A DNA stretch of 56,988 nucleotides, taken from the IMG/VR virus record IMGVR_UViG_3300009788_000017, positions 1-56,988 of that record, one strand, 5' to 3'. This document shows, piece by piece, positions 30,201-38,896 of the stretch; position 1 is the first letter of the stretch; each line of letters opens with the position of its first letter. A model generated the notes under the pieces. It did not search any database, had not been told where the DNA came from, and saw only the letters and a list, made by a program, of their open reading frames with translations. Source of the DNA: a virus (taxonomy: Duplodnaviria; Caudoviricetes). The position numbers were made by a program, and so were the translations under genes.

Positions 30201-31743
30201 GTAATAAGCCTTGAGTATTCTCTTTATTTTTAAGTCGTTTGTACACAGCCTTCTCGATGGGCGTGCAGATGAGGTGCTTGATATACTGGTGGCGCTCCTG
30301 GCCAGGTCGTGTGATCCGACCAATAGCCTGCTCGTAGATCTCATAGTTGTCGACCGGGCCCCAGAACAGGATGGTGTTCGAGGCGGTCAGCGTCAGGCCG
30401 TGAGCCATCGCCGCCGGGTGCGCCACGATCACGTTGAGCTCCCCGTCCTGGAATCCAGTGAAGATCTCGTCCCTCTTCTTGGCACCGACGCCTCCATTGA
30501 CCACGCCGTAGGTCAGACCTTCATGCTTCGTATCGAAGTGCTCGGTGACCCGGTTGATCGCGTTCTTGTACGGCATGAAGATGATCAGCTTGTCGCCGAC
30601 CTCCTCCAGTATGTTGTCCAGCTCCTGGAGCTTGGGCGTCACGTCGATAACATGGTTCTCACCGGCGCCGTCGTAAATGGCGCCGCACGCCACCTGCAGC
30701 AGCTTGCCCAGCTTGACGCCTTCGTTCACCGCGGTAATAGTGCCATCGTTGAACTCAGCCACGAAGTTGTCATTCATGTCCTTGTACGCCTTCTCCTGCT
30801 GCTTGGACATCTTGACCTCGTGGTCGACGAACATCGCAGGCGGCAGATCCAAGCACTCAGAACGCTGGAATCGGATGGCTGGCTTGAGGCTGGAGTACAC
30901 CGTATCCTCCCATCCTCTCTTGGGTACCCACTTGAACTGGGTGATCTTGAACATGGTCTGGTCCCGGAACCGTGAGAAGTACCCGGGTACCGTCTTAGGG
31001 TTGACGATCCGGGCCTGAGCCCACGCATCGGTCGGAGCCTTGGGCATCGGCGACCCAGTCATCCACCACACACCACGTTTCGACTCAGGGCCACACACAG
31101 CGTTGGCAGCCTTCCACAGCTGAGTGCTCTGGTTCCGCATGCGGGCACCTTCGTCCATGATGACGTGGGTGATGTCGTGGCGCTGGGCCAGTTCGTCCTT
31201 CAGCATCTTCAGGCCTTCGTGGTTGACGATGTAGAAATCAACGTCGTCTCGGAGCCGGGAGCGCCGGGTTGCCTGTGATCCATGCAGGATCGCATACTTG
31301 CGGTGCATCAGGTGTGTGAAAATCTCAGCCCCCCAGACTCGATGCAGCGTGGAGAGCGTGGAGCAGATCAGCACCCGTCCCATCTCCTTGCGGTTCATCA
31401 TGTAGTCGGCGGCCCACAGTGCGGTCAAAGACTTCGAGGTGCCGATGTCGTTGAAACAGAAGCTGCGAGGGTTGCGGACCATGAAGTCAGCAGTGGTGCG
31501 CTGATGATCGAACGGGGACGGGTACTTGCTGGGCCAGTGGTAGTCACGGAGGATGCCACTCTTGATGTTGATGCCGACGCCAGCTAGCCGCCGGCACGCC
31601 TCGTCTGAGTGCTCCACGATCACGTAGGGCTCCAGCCTATAGAAGATCTGCTGGAACCTCAGGCCTCCGAAGTTGAGGCCCGTCACCTTGCGGGTCGGGA
31701 CCAGGATCGCGTTGAAAGTCGGGAGTGAGATCACGTCAGACAA
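30181..31743 (-). CDS. SNF2-family (SF2) DNA helicase
   Basis: DIGTSKS (Walker A variant), MDEG, MTGSP, HGLTLT, QAIGRITRPGQ. Confidence 0.88.
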   Translation of the reverse strand: MSDVISLPTFNAILVPTRKVTGLNFGGLRFQQIFYRLEPYVIVEHSDEACRRLAGVGINIKSGILRDYHWPSKYPSPFDHQRTTADFMVRNPRSFCFNDIGTSKSLTALWAADYMMNRKEMGRVLICSTLSTLHRVWGAEIFTHLMHRKYAILHGSQATRRSRLRDDVDFYIVNHEGLKMLKDELAQRHDITHVIMDEGARMRNQSTQLWKAANAVCGPESKRGVWWMTGSPMPKAPTDAWAQARIVNPKTVPGYFSRFRDQTMFKITQFKWVPKRGWEDTVYSSLKPAIRFQRSECLDLPPAMFVDHEVKMSKQQEKAYKDMNDNFVAEFNDGTITAVNEGVKLGKLLQVACGAIYDGAGENHVIDVTPKLQELDNILEEVGDKLIIFMPYKNAINRVTEHFDTKHEGLTYGVVNGGVGAKKRDEIFTGFQDGELNVIVAHPAAMAHGLTLTASNTILFWGPVDNYEIYEQAIGRITRPGQERHQYIKHLICTPIEKAVYKRLKNKENTQGLLLDMFRN

Positions 31744-32084
31744 AATCGTTTCCTCAGTTTCTCGGAGAGCTCGGGCACACCTTCAGTACCAGAGCATATC
31801 GCTGCGAACCCGGACGCCTTGGTGATGGCCGCGAGCTGCTGATACTGGAGCGGGCGGGCCTTCTTGACGCCGGAGCGCTTAGCCTCGACGCCAACGAGCA
31901 TCCCATATGTCTGGCCCACCATCTCCTGAGTAATCACCACAGGGACACCGGCCAGATGGTCCGGGACACCGCCCTGGCCGAACCCATTGGGGACGACCAT
32001 CAGGTGCCAGGCGTCAGGCCAGATCGCTAGGATCTCGGCCTTGATCGCCTTCTTGGCGTCGGCTTCGATTTCAGGCTGGGCCAT
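31731..32084 (-). CDS. VRR-NUC domain nuclease
   Basis: GVPD...GVEAK...PLQ. Confidence 0.75.
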   Translation of the reverse strand: MAQPEIEADAKKAIKAEILAIWPDAWHLMVVPNGFGQGGVPDHLAGVPVVITQEMVGQTYGMLVGVEAKRSGVKKARPLQYQQLAAITKASGFAAICSGTEGVPELSEKLRKRFCLT

Positions 32085-32743
32085 CAGGCTTCCAGCTCAT
32101 CTATAAGTACGTCAAGAGCCTTCCCAAGGGCTTCAACTCCGCCGTGCTCTTCCGCGAAGGCTTCATACCTAAGCGCCATACGGTAGTCACTGGCGGCTTG
32201 CCACATACGCTCAGTCCGATCGACCCGACTACGACACTCCATCAGCTGGCGGTGCTGGTTCTGGCAGTCATCCAACGCGTTGTGGCTGATGTTGTCGTGC
32301 TTCGAGACGCTGCACTCCTTCATCATGGTGCGCAGGTCTCGTGGCATGAAGTACTTCCAAGGCACTGCAACACCGTACTGCTCGCAGGCGTGCTCCAGCA
32401 GGTTGAAGTCGAACGAGCCCTTGGCCCACACTGCGTCTAGCTTGTGCTCGTTGAGGTAACTCCAGAGGCGCTTCAACGCTACGCCTATCGGCACGGCGTC
32501 CTTCGAGGTCAGCGCTTTGTGCGCCACGCCTGAGATCTTCGGGTTGAGCCAGAACGCCAACGTGCTGGCGCTGACGGTGCGAGGCTCGTACACTCCCGCC
32601 TTTTCAAGTTGGGTACTCACCTGGATGTCAAGGCAGAACTCCTCAAGCACCTTGGGCCCATCGAAGATCACAACTCCGATCTGGAAGATTACAGCTGAGT
32701 TCGCAGTGTCCAGGGTTTCGATGTCGATCATTGCTTCAGTCAT
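32084..32743 (-). CDS. DEDDh 3'-5' exonuclease (Rv2179c/DUF5051-like)
   Basis: MIDIETL, WAKGSFD, RDLRT, HNALDD; start reassigned to ATG 32743. Confidence 0.85.
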   Translation of the reverse strand: MTEAMIDIETLDTANSAVIFQIGVVIFDGPKVLEEFCLDIQVSTQLEKAGVYEPRTVSASTLAFWLNPKISGVAHKALTSKDAVPIGVALKRLWSYLNEHKLDAVWAKGSFDFNLLEHACEQYGVAVPWKYFMPRDLRTMMKECSVSKHDNISHNALDDCQNQHRQLMECRSRVDRTERMWQAASDYRMALRYEAFAEEHGGVEALGKALDVLIDELEA

Positions 32744-32744
32744 T

Positions 32745-33047
32745 TTAATGCTCCAACTTATCAGTGATTTCAGTGTCCAGCGTGGAGATGATGTCAGCCA
32801 CCCACGCCTCAAGGTCGTCGATCTCGGCGCCATGGCTCAGCTCAGTCAGAACGCTGAACTGGTATGTGCTGCCATCGTGCTCCACGAACACGATGGTCTC
32901 GACGACGACAGACTCGTCAGTGGCTCGGCACGTCATCACGACGCCCTCACCGAAGTTGTTGCGAAGTTCTTTGAGTACGGTGCTTAGTTCTTTGAACATG
33001 GTTGGCTTCCTCAGCAAATCTGGATAGTCATCGATATCGTTGAACAT
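32745..33047 (-). CDS. Hypothetical protein
   Basis: AAGGAG RBS. Confidence 0.65.
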   Translation of the reverse strand: MFNDIDDYPDLLRKPTMFKELSTVLKELRNNFGEGVVMTCRATDESVVVETIVFVEHDGSTYQFSVLTELSHGAEIDDLEAWVADIISTLDTEITDKLEH

Positions 33048-33056
33048 GGTTTCTCC

Positions 33057-34205
33057 TTAAACTAACGGCTGGCCGGTGTCGTCACATTGACGAGGCCCCA
33101 GCCCAATTGCGAACGATGGCAGCCCAGTGACGGTAAGCGACTGGTACTTCACCTTCCACCACTCGCCTACCAGCTGCGACTTCTGGAGTAGCATCGCCTT
33201 GCGCTCGTCATGGGATTTCTTCGGCGTGCAGTTGAACAGCTTCTTTTCAGGGCCGAACTCACATTGCAGCATGGCGTTGCCGTTCTTATCTGGCCAGACG
33301 TTCACCACCTTGCACTCGCAGTCGATGAATGGTTTGCACTTAAACAGACCACTGGACCGCTGCCCGACTGCGTACTCCGAGCCTATATGGCGGAGCATCA
33401 CGCCCTCTAGCCTGTGCTGCATGAATCTGTCCCGAAGCTTAAGCATGTCAGCCTCAGAGCTACATGGATGGCAGAGCACTAGCTTCAATAGGTTGCCGTA
33501 CTTCGGGGCGATCATCTCCATGGCTGCCGTCAGTACGCGGTGTCGCTCCTCGAACGGCATATCAGGTACGACGATGTCGAATAGGTAGAACTCCAGTTCC
33601 GCCGTATCGTCTTGAAGTCGCTCGGCCGCTGACAGTATATGAGAGCAGAGCCAGCCATGGCGGTAGACCTCACCATCTATAATCCGACATGGGTCAGGTC
33701 CTTCCAGGTCTGCTCCAAGTAACTCATTGACCTTCCACAGCAGGTCATCAGCAGCGTCGTCCAGGTGTGGGAGATCGTAAGCTAGGCCGGTGCGGCTGAG
33801 GAACTCCTGCTTGGATGAGGTAGCTCGGAGCCGCCCGTAGCCTAGCCGCAGACCGTCGAGCTTGGCCTGGGCCACCGTCCGAGTCCAGTCCACCTGGTGT
33901 GGCACCTTGAGGTAGTCCTGAGCCAGCATCGGCCGGAACTGGAGACCAGCCTGCTCAATGTCCTCGTGGTAGTCTTCACGCTCAATCTGGATGCGGTGCT
34001 TGGCCTCAGCCTCAAGGACTGCCTGCTGCCTGGCCGTGGTCTCATTGGCCTTGCCGACGTTCTTAGGGTGGGCCTCGGTGATCTGGCTGACCAGCTTCCC
34101 ATCCGTTAGGCCGAAGGTCACATGGACGTGGGATGCGACTGTCGTGACAGACCACTGCCGGGCCCGGCCTTTGCTATCGCGTTTGTAGAGAGTCGGGAGG
34201 CTCAT
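33057..34205 (-). CDS. ATP-dependent DNA ligase with N-terminal WGR-like extension
   Basis: PMLA, KLDGLR (motif I), DGEVY, FD, EGVMLR, K.K. Confidence 0.9.
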   Translation of the reverse strand: MSLPTLYKRDSKGRARQWSVTTVASHVHVTFGLTDGKLVSQITEAHPKNVGKANETTARQQAVLEAEAKHRIQIEREDYHEDIEQAGLQFRPMLAQDYLKVPHQVDWTRTVAQAKLDGLRLGYGRLRATSSKQEFLSRTGLAYDLPHLDDAADDLLWKVNELLGADLEGPDPCRIIDGEVYRHGWLCSHILSAAERLQDDTAELEFYLFDIVVPDMPFEERHRVLTAAMEMIAPKYGNLLKLVLCHPCSSEADMLKLRDRFMQHRLEGVMLRHIGSEYAVGQRSSGLFKCKPFIDCECKVVNVWPDKNGNAMLQCEFGPEKKLFNCTPKKSHDERKAMLLQKSQLVGEWWKVKYQSLTVTGLPSFAIGLGPRQCDDTGQPLV

Positions 34206-34303
34206 GAGTCAGACACCATTACTGTTAGCAGGACGAGTCCACCCATGGCCAGCCATACCGCAGCCGTCCACATCCAGTCGTGCTTGCCTTTGGTGTAGCT
34301 CAT
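34202..34303 (-). CDS. Small membrane peptide (33 aa)
   Basis: MSYTKGKHDWMWTAAVWLAMGGLVLLTVMVSDS; stop overlaps ligase start. Confidence 0.45.
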   Translation of the reverse strand: MSYTKGKHDWMWTAAVWLAMGGLVLLTVMVSDS

Positions 34304-34304
34304 A

Positions 34305-34835
34305 TCAATACCCCTGTTGCAGTTCTTTATGGAGGCACTTAGCTAGCTCGCCTGCGATCCGCTCAACGCCGCCATGCCAAAGGGCTTCACGCGACCCACG
34401 CCACGCAGCACACTGGTTCGCCACGCCACGGTGCTGCAGCTGCACTTCAAAGTGAACCGCGTCGCGGAACTCGTTACTGTCTCGAAGCTCCGCCTCCAGC
34501 TCGTATAGCGGGATGCGTGTGAAGTCGATGGCTTTGGGAGGCTCGTTTGGAGCTGACACATCCAGCATGATCAGAGGCTCCGTACGCTTTGCGATCCAAT
34601 GGTCTTCATGGATCACAGTGGCTGCACTCAGAGCGATCGAATCAGGGTTGATAGAGCGCACCACCTCCACGACCCGCTTCGCTGATGTGATCGACTGTGC
34701 GAAGTCCTGCTCAAGCTGGTCTGCTCGGGCAGCCTCTCGCGCCAGGCTGGCGTAGCAGTTCCAGTAGTTGGCCTTCACTGCTGCAAGTTCAGCCTGCATC
34801 GCCCGCTTCTGATTCCTTCCGAATCGTTTGCTCAT
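34305..34835 (-). CDS. Hypothetical protein
   Basis: MSKRFGRNQKR start overlapping the upstream stop. Confidence 0.6.
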   Translation of the reverse strand: MSKRFGRNQKRAMQAELAAVKANYWNCYASLAREAARADQLEQDFAQSITSAKRVVEVVRSINPDSIALSAATVIHEDHWIAKRTEPLIMLDVSAPNEPPKAIDFTRIPLYELEAELRDSNEFRDAVHFEVQLQHRGVANQCAAWRGSREALWHGGVERIAGELAKCLHKELQQGY

Positions 34836-35140
34836 TTCCCTTCTCCCCAGATCCATGAATAGATGACAAACCATGCTGGGCGGCGCGTCATCCTTAATTT
34901 ATTGAGCTCAAACCGCAGGCTGTGGAGCTCATCCTCCTTAGGTCCGATCACTATGACCGGAGTCTGATCCGCCTTGGCAGCCTCGAGCTCCTGCAGCAGC
35001 TTGGCGTAGTTGACCTTATGGGACTCTAGCGTAGCCTGCAACTTCGTCCCTGCGCGCCCACTTTGCAAGAGTCGCAGCTCAGCAGCTTGGTTCTTCGCAC
35101 GCTCCAGTAGCTGAGCGTATGTCAGTGATTCGAGCTGCAT
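34832..35140 (-). CDS. Hypothetical coiled-coil protein
   Basis: Operonic overlaps on both sides. Confidence 0.6.
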   Translation of the reverse strand: MQLESLTYAQLLERAKNQAAELRLLQSGRAGTKLQATLESHKVNYAKLLQELEAAKADQTPVIVIGPKEDELHSLRFELNKLRMTRRPAWFVIYSWIWGEGK

Positions 35141-35349
35141 CAGAAAGGCTCCTCTTCATCTAGCGGCTCTAGCCGGTCAGGGTCGTCAGGGTTTACGACC
35201 TCGGCAACCTCATCCAGGCTAAGGATGCCCTTGCTGTGGAGCAGTTCGGTAAGACGTCCGGTGACTTCTCCAGTGGCTCGCTTGCCGACGTACTCAGAGA
35301 GTGTCGTCTCCTCGACATCGCAGCGGCCAGTCCATGCTCGAATATCCAT
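35140..35349 (-). CDS. Hypothetical protein
   Basis: Start reassigned to ATG 35349, with a GAGG RBS inside the displaced exonuclease end. Confidence 0.55.
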   Translation of the reverse strand: MDIRAWTGRCDVEETTLSEYVGKRATGEVTGRLTELLHSKGILSLDEVAEVVNPDDPDRLEPLDEEEPF

Positions 35350-35350
35350 A

Positions 35351-35461
35351 TCATCCTCGCTTCGCTTCAAAGACCCGGCGCTTTTCTTTCAGCTCGGGCG
35401 TCATTTGTGAGCACTGCCCCACTTCAGCCGGACAGAACATGCACTTGTAGGTTGGCTTCAT
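35351..35461 (-). pseudogene. Displaced 3' end of the Cas4-like exonuclease gene (36-codon mini-ORF)
   Basis: MKPTYKCMFCPAEVGQCSQMTPELKEKRRVFEAKRG; 32/35 aa identical to the end of 35979-36695. Confidence 0.85.
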
Positions 35462-35976
35462 ATCACTCTCTTTCCGTGGTTAGGATGGAACTCTAGGTCT
35501 ACTTCTGCGGACTTCCTAGAGTTTGCGGCAGCTTCAAACTCGTCGAAGTACCCAAGAAATTTAACCTTGCCGTATGTCTTTATCTCGGCCTTCCACTTGC
35601 TTCGCGACTTCACCCAGTACACACCTACACACCCTGACGTATTGGCAGAAGTGAGCATGTAGTTGCGATGGTTCTGAGAGCAGCTGACATCACGTAAGTT
35701 AGCTATGTGATTATCGTCGCGATCTCCGTTGATGTGATCTATCTGTGCTGCAGGCTCAGCGCCTGTATGGTATATCCATATAAGTCGGTGCGCTTTATAC
35801 TGTCGCCTGCCAATACTTATATGCCGGTAGCCGTCCTGCAGTACACTACCAGCTTCACAGCCTCTTAGCTGTGGACGGCGAAGCGGCGGTGACTTCCAAA
35901 TCAACTTACCATCTACATACTCAAACAGCTCATGTAGGTCGTCTTTCGAAAGTGTAATGTGTCTCGACGCAACCAT
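35458..35976 (-). CDS. HNH homing endonuclease with AP2-like C-terminal domain
   Basis: AHRLIW, IDHINGDRDDNHIANLR, NTSGCVGVYW, KFLGYF. Confidence 0.9.
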   Translation of the reverse strand: MVASRHITLSKDDLHELFEYVDGKLIWKSPPLRRPQLRGCEAGSVLQDGYRHISIGRRQYKAHRLIWIYHTGAEPAAQIDHINGDRDDNHIANLRDVSCSQNHRNYMLTSANTSGCVGVYWVKSRSKWKAEIKTYGKVKFLGYFDEFEAAANSRKSAEVDLEFHPNHGKRVI

Positions 35977-35978
35977 TG

Positions 35979-36695
35979 CTAGCCCCTCTTGTTCTCGAAC
36001 TTACGCCGTTTCTCTTTAAGTTCAGGCGTCATTTGCGAGCACTGGCCAATCTCAGCCGGGCAGAACATACACTTATAGGTTGGCTTCTCAGGCCAGTTGC
36101 CAGACTCGTTGGCTAGCTGGATCAGCTCAGATCGGTCACCGAATTCCTGCCAGATAGCTTCCAGCTGATCCCGTGTGTACTCTACATATACCATCGGAGC
36201 TGTAGGATGGTCAACAAATACGTACGCGGTCGTTACTTTCTGAGCCTTGGGGTGCATGTCGAACACACCGGCCGTGAACATCCGCAGCTGGTCCGTGGAG
36301 TCCGTACGCACCTTGCCGGTCTTCCAGTCAATCATGACGATGTGCTCTTCACCACTGGCGCAGATCAAATCGAAGATCATCCGGCACCATGCCTGCTTGT
36401 CGAACCATGAGCACATCTTGCGCCGGGCGTTGAAGCAGACCTGGAGCTCGGCCTTGATCATGCTGCTGGCGCGGATCTTCTCGATCACCGGCGCGATCCA
36501 CTGGCGGCTGGGATGAAGAGGTGTGCCCTTGCCGATCGCATCCTCCAGCTCCTTGTGGACGTCCTTACCGCGCTGCAGGTGAGGCGAGTTGAAGTTCTCC
36601 TTCGGGAAGTCCTTCAGGATGTACTTGCCCTGGAACATCCGAGGGCACTGCTCAAAATCATTAAGTCGTGAGAACGACCAGGCTATGCGTGACAT
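35979..36695 (-). CDS. PD-(D/E)XK Cas4/RecB-like exonuclease with Fe-S cysteines
   Basis: WSFSRL...CP, HKELE, D...IDWKTG, QL, C-terminal CxxC-x6-C. Confidence 0.85.
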   Translation of the reverse strand: MSRIAWSFSRLNDFEQCPRMFQGKYILKDFPKENFNSPHLQRGKDVHKELEDAIGKGTPLHPSRQWIAPVIEKIRASSMIKAELQVCFNARRKMCSWFDKQAWCRMIFDLICASGEEHIVMIDWKTGKVRTDSTDQLRMFTAGVFDMHPKAQKVTTAYVFVDHPTAPMVYVEYTRDQLEAIWQEFGDRSELIQLANESGNWPEKPTYKCMFCPAEIGQCSQMTPELKEKRRKFENKRG

Positions 36696-36721
36696 TGTGT
36701 ATCGTCTTTGAACTTACTAAG

Positions 36722-36750
36722 ACTATAAAATTACTTTCTACGTTCGTCAA
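36722..36750 (-). promoter_or_regulatory. sigma70-like promoter TTGACG-N17-TATAGT
   Basis: In the AT-rich gap between polymerase and exonuclease. Confidence 0.7.
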
Positions 36751-36753
36751 GTA

Positions 36754-38652
36754 TTAAAGTTCTTTTAGTTGAGGCCAGTTAGCTCCGACCGATGCATCCC
36801 ACTTCAACGGCACCTCAAGATCCACACCCCATGCAGCCTTGTAGTCCATGGCGTTGAGCATGGCTCGAGCCTCCAAGATCTTCGACTCAGGGTAGTCCTC
36901 GGGTACGAGGTAGTGCAGGCCATCGTGGAGCGAGAACCAGAACAGCTGCTCCGGGAAGTGCTCACTCATCTGCTGGAGTCCAAGATCTGACATGTCAGCA
37001 CCGGACCCCTGGATCGGGAACATCAGCGCCGATGACTCGGACGACCATCGCATATCTGGGGACCAGTCATCGATAGCGAACCGGCGGCCGCCCAACGTCT
37101 CAGCGTACCCGACTGCTTTGGCAGTGGCGATGGCGTTGGACCAGTAGATCTTGATCCCGGGGAACATACGCTTGAATGTATCCTGCCAGTCTTTGGTCTT
37201 CAGGAAGTCCACGTTAAGTCCGTACTGCACGCGGGCTTGTATCCTCATTTTCCGTACGCCTACTCTGAAATTTTGGCTCAGGTTGATAAATTTCGCTGCA
37301 TACCTATAGCCATGTTCGCCGACGATGGCTATGTTGCCTGCCTCCTTGCCTTTCATAAATGCTTCGTAGCTCATGCCACTGATGGCGGCGCCGGTGAACG
37401 AGTGGAAGTCCATGTTCTTGGTGAATACGTTGCGCATCGCGATGTCACCTGACTTCTCCGCCATTAGCCGAGACTCCTGGCCGGCTGCGTCATACTCGAC
37501 GTGCTTATATCCGGCCGGCGGCTTGAGTAGCGCACGGAGCTGCTTGTTCCGAGGCCATTGGTGCAGCGCCACGCCGGTCTGGTATTTCTTTTTGGTCTTG
37601 GAGCTGTACGTTTTTCGACCAGTGTAGGTGCCGAACATCTTAGGCGATGGGTGCATGGTGTCACTGCCAAGATAGGTGCGTGCTTTCTTAGGGGCTTCAA
37701 TGTACTTCGACAGCTGAGTGTTGAGCTCGCGCCACCGTAGGATCTCCAACGCCCGGTCGTCATCGTCAGCCAGGTATGTCAGCGCAGCCTTGTCGGTGCT
37801 CGGCTCGCCGGTCTTGTCCGAGAAGTTCTTGGCGATCAGCTTCCACTTACCATAGAGCAGGGCGCCTAGTTGCTTTGGAGACCGGAGGATCTTACTGGGT
37901 GTCCAGAACGCGGTGTCCTCCATGACGCGTTTGGCTGCGGGCCCGGCATAGTTGCTGACGCCGAGCGAGAACTCGATATCGCGCATCTCAGTTACGATCG
38001 CAGGGCGGATGGAGTCAAGCAGCGAGAAGTCGATCGGCACGCCCATGAGCCAGCTCCGGGCCACCTCTGGGATCGACGAGCACTCGATCATGGCGGAGCT
38101 GATCTGCCGGTCTGTGAGTAGTGGGATGACCTGCTCTACGATCTTAGCGGTGATGATCGCATCCAGCTTGGCACGGGTCTCCCAGTACAACGCGCTACCA
38201 CCAGGCGTGTGCTCCTCCTTTTTCATCTGGAGGAACGCCTCAAGCCAAGGCTCGTCAGCGCAGAACTTCTTGGCGCCGTCAGCCAGTGACCACTTCGGGA
38301 TGCGCTCCTTGCGCTGGGAGTTGGCGTACCACTTCCAGAGCAGCATGGCGTCGACCCACTTGATGGCCTTAACTTCCTGCCAGTGTCCGGAGGCGATCAG
38401 CCAGGCCACGTCGAAGATGCCGTTCCAGGTGGTGACATACTCACCCTCGAGTCCTTGGAGCAGGCCACGCCAGTCTGACTGCTCCAGCAAGGAGCGGCCG
38501 TCAGCCTTGGCGATAGAGATGCAGTCGATCTGAGCCTTGCCCTCGGTGCCCCGCCACGGCTGCAGGGCGTACTCGCTGGGCTGATCGACCGCGGGCCCGG
38601 TCTCGATGTCGAGCGCGGTGGCGCCGAGGAGTTGGGTTCGTAGGTCAGTCAT
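36754..38652 (-). CDS. Family A DNA polymerase (3'-5' exo + pol), phiVC8-DpoZ-like signature
   Basis: LDIET (ExoI), WNGIFD (ExoII), TGR, motif A YDAAGQESR, motif B RYAAKFINLSQNF, PIQGSGAD, motif C LHDG. Confidence 0.9.
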   Translation of the reverse strand: MTDLRTQLLGATALDIETGPAVDQPSEYALQPWRGTEGKAQIDCISIAKADGRSLLEQSDWRGLLQGLEGEYVTTWNGIFDVAWLIASGHWQEVKAIKWVDAMLLWKWYANSQRKERIPKWSLADGAKKFCADEPWLEAFLQMKKEEHTPGGSALYWETRAKLDAIITAKIVEQVIPLLTDRQISSAMIECSSIPEVARSWLMGVPIDFSLLDSIRPAIVTEMRDIEFSLGVSNYAGPAAKRVMEDTAFWTPSKILRSPKQLGALLYGKWKLIAKNFSDKTGEPSTDKAALTYLADDDDRALEILRWRELNTQLSKYIEAPKKARTYLGSDTMHPSPKMFGTYTGRKTYSSKTKKKYQTGVALHQWPRNKQLRALLKPPAGYKHVEYDAAGQESRLMAEKSGDIAMRNVFTKNMDFHSFTGAAISGMSYEAFMKGKEAGNIAIVGEHGYRYAAKFINLSQNFRVGVRKMRIQARVQYGLNVDFLKTKDWQDTFKRMFPGIKIYWSNAIATAKAVGYAETLGGRRFAIDDWSPDMRWSSESSALMFPIQGSGADMSDLGLQQMSEHFPEQLFWFSLHDGLHYLVPEDYPESKILEARAMLNAMDYKAAWGVDLEVPLKWDASVGANWPQLKEL

Positions 38653-38896
38653 CCTTGGACGCCTTTTGAAAGTCCTTCAGCCACTGGAGTCCCGACTCGA
38701 TGCTACCTGCCACGTCAGCCAGTTGGTGTTCAAGGCACTGCACATGCCCTACAGGGATCACGGCGTACTTATCAGGATCGACATGGCTGCGCTTTAGGCC
38801 AGGGAGGTGTAGGGATTCAAGCGACGCAATACGCCTAGACATCTCACGTCGTGTCATGCCGCTATTGAATAGCTCGTTAGCTCGATCATCGTTCAT
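38645..38896 (-). CDS. Hypothetical protein
   Basis: Overlaps primase stop and polymerase start. Confidence 0.6.
   Translation of the reverse strand: MNDDRANELFNSGMTRREMSRRIASLESLHLPGLKRSHVDPDKYAVIPVGHVQCLEHQLADVAGSIESGLQWLKDFQKASKDD

Noticed and set aside
30211-30975. 254-aa + strand ORF and similar long antisense ORFs (24940-25581, 23248-23859, 39943-40557)
   Set aside because: They lie opposite well-supported genes in GC-rich DNA and have no independent signals
35458-35978. Group I intron interrupting the exonuclease
   Set aside because: The exonuclease ORF is complete before the HNH, and there is no non-coding space for a ribozyme core
36754-38652. Temperate lifestyle inferred from Leu at the PolA 762 position
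   Set aside because: No integrase, CI-like repressor or ParA is recognisable; the residue is better explained by clade membership
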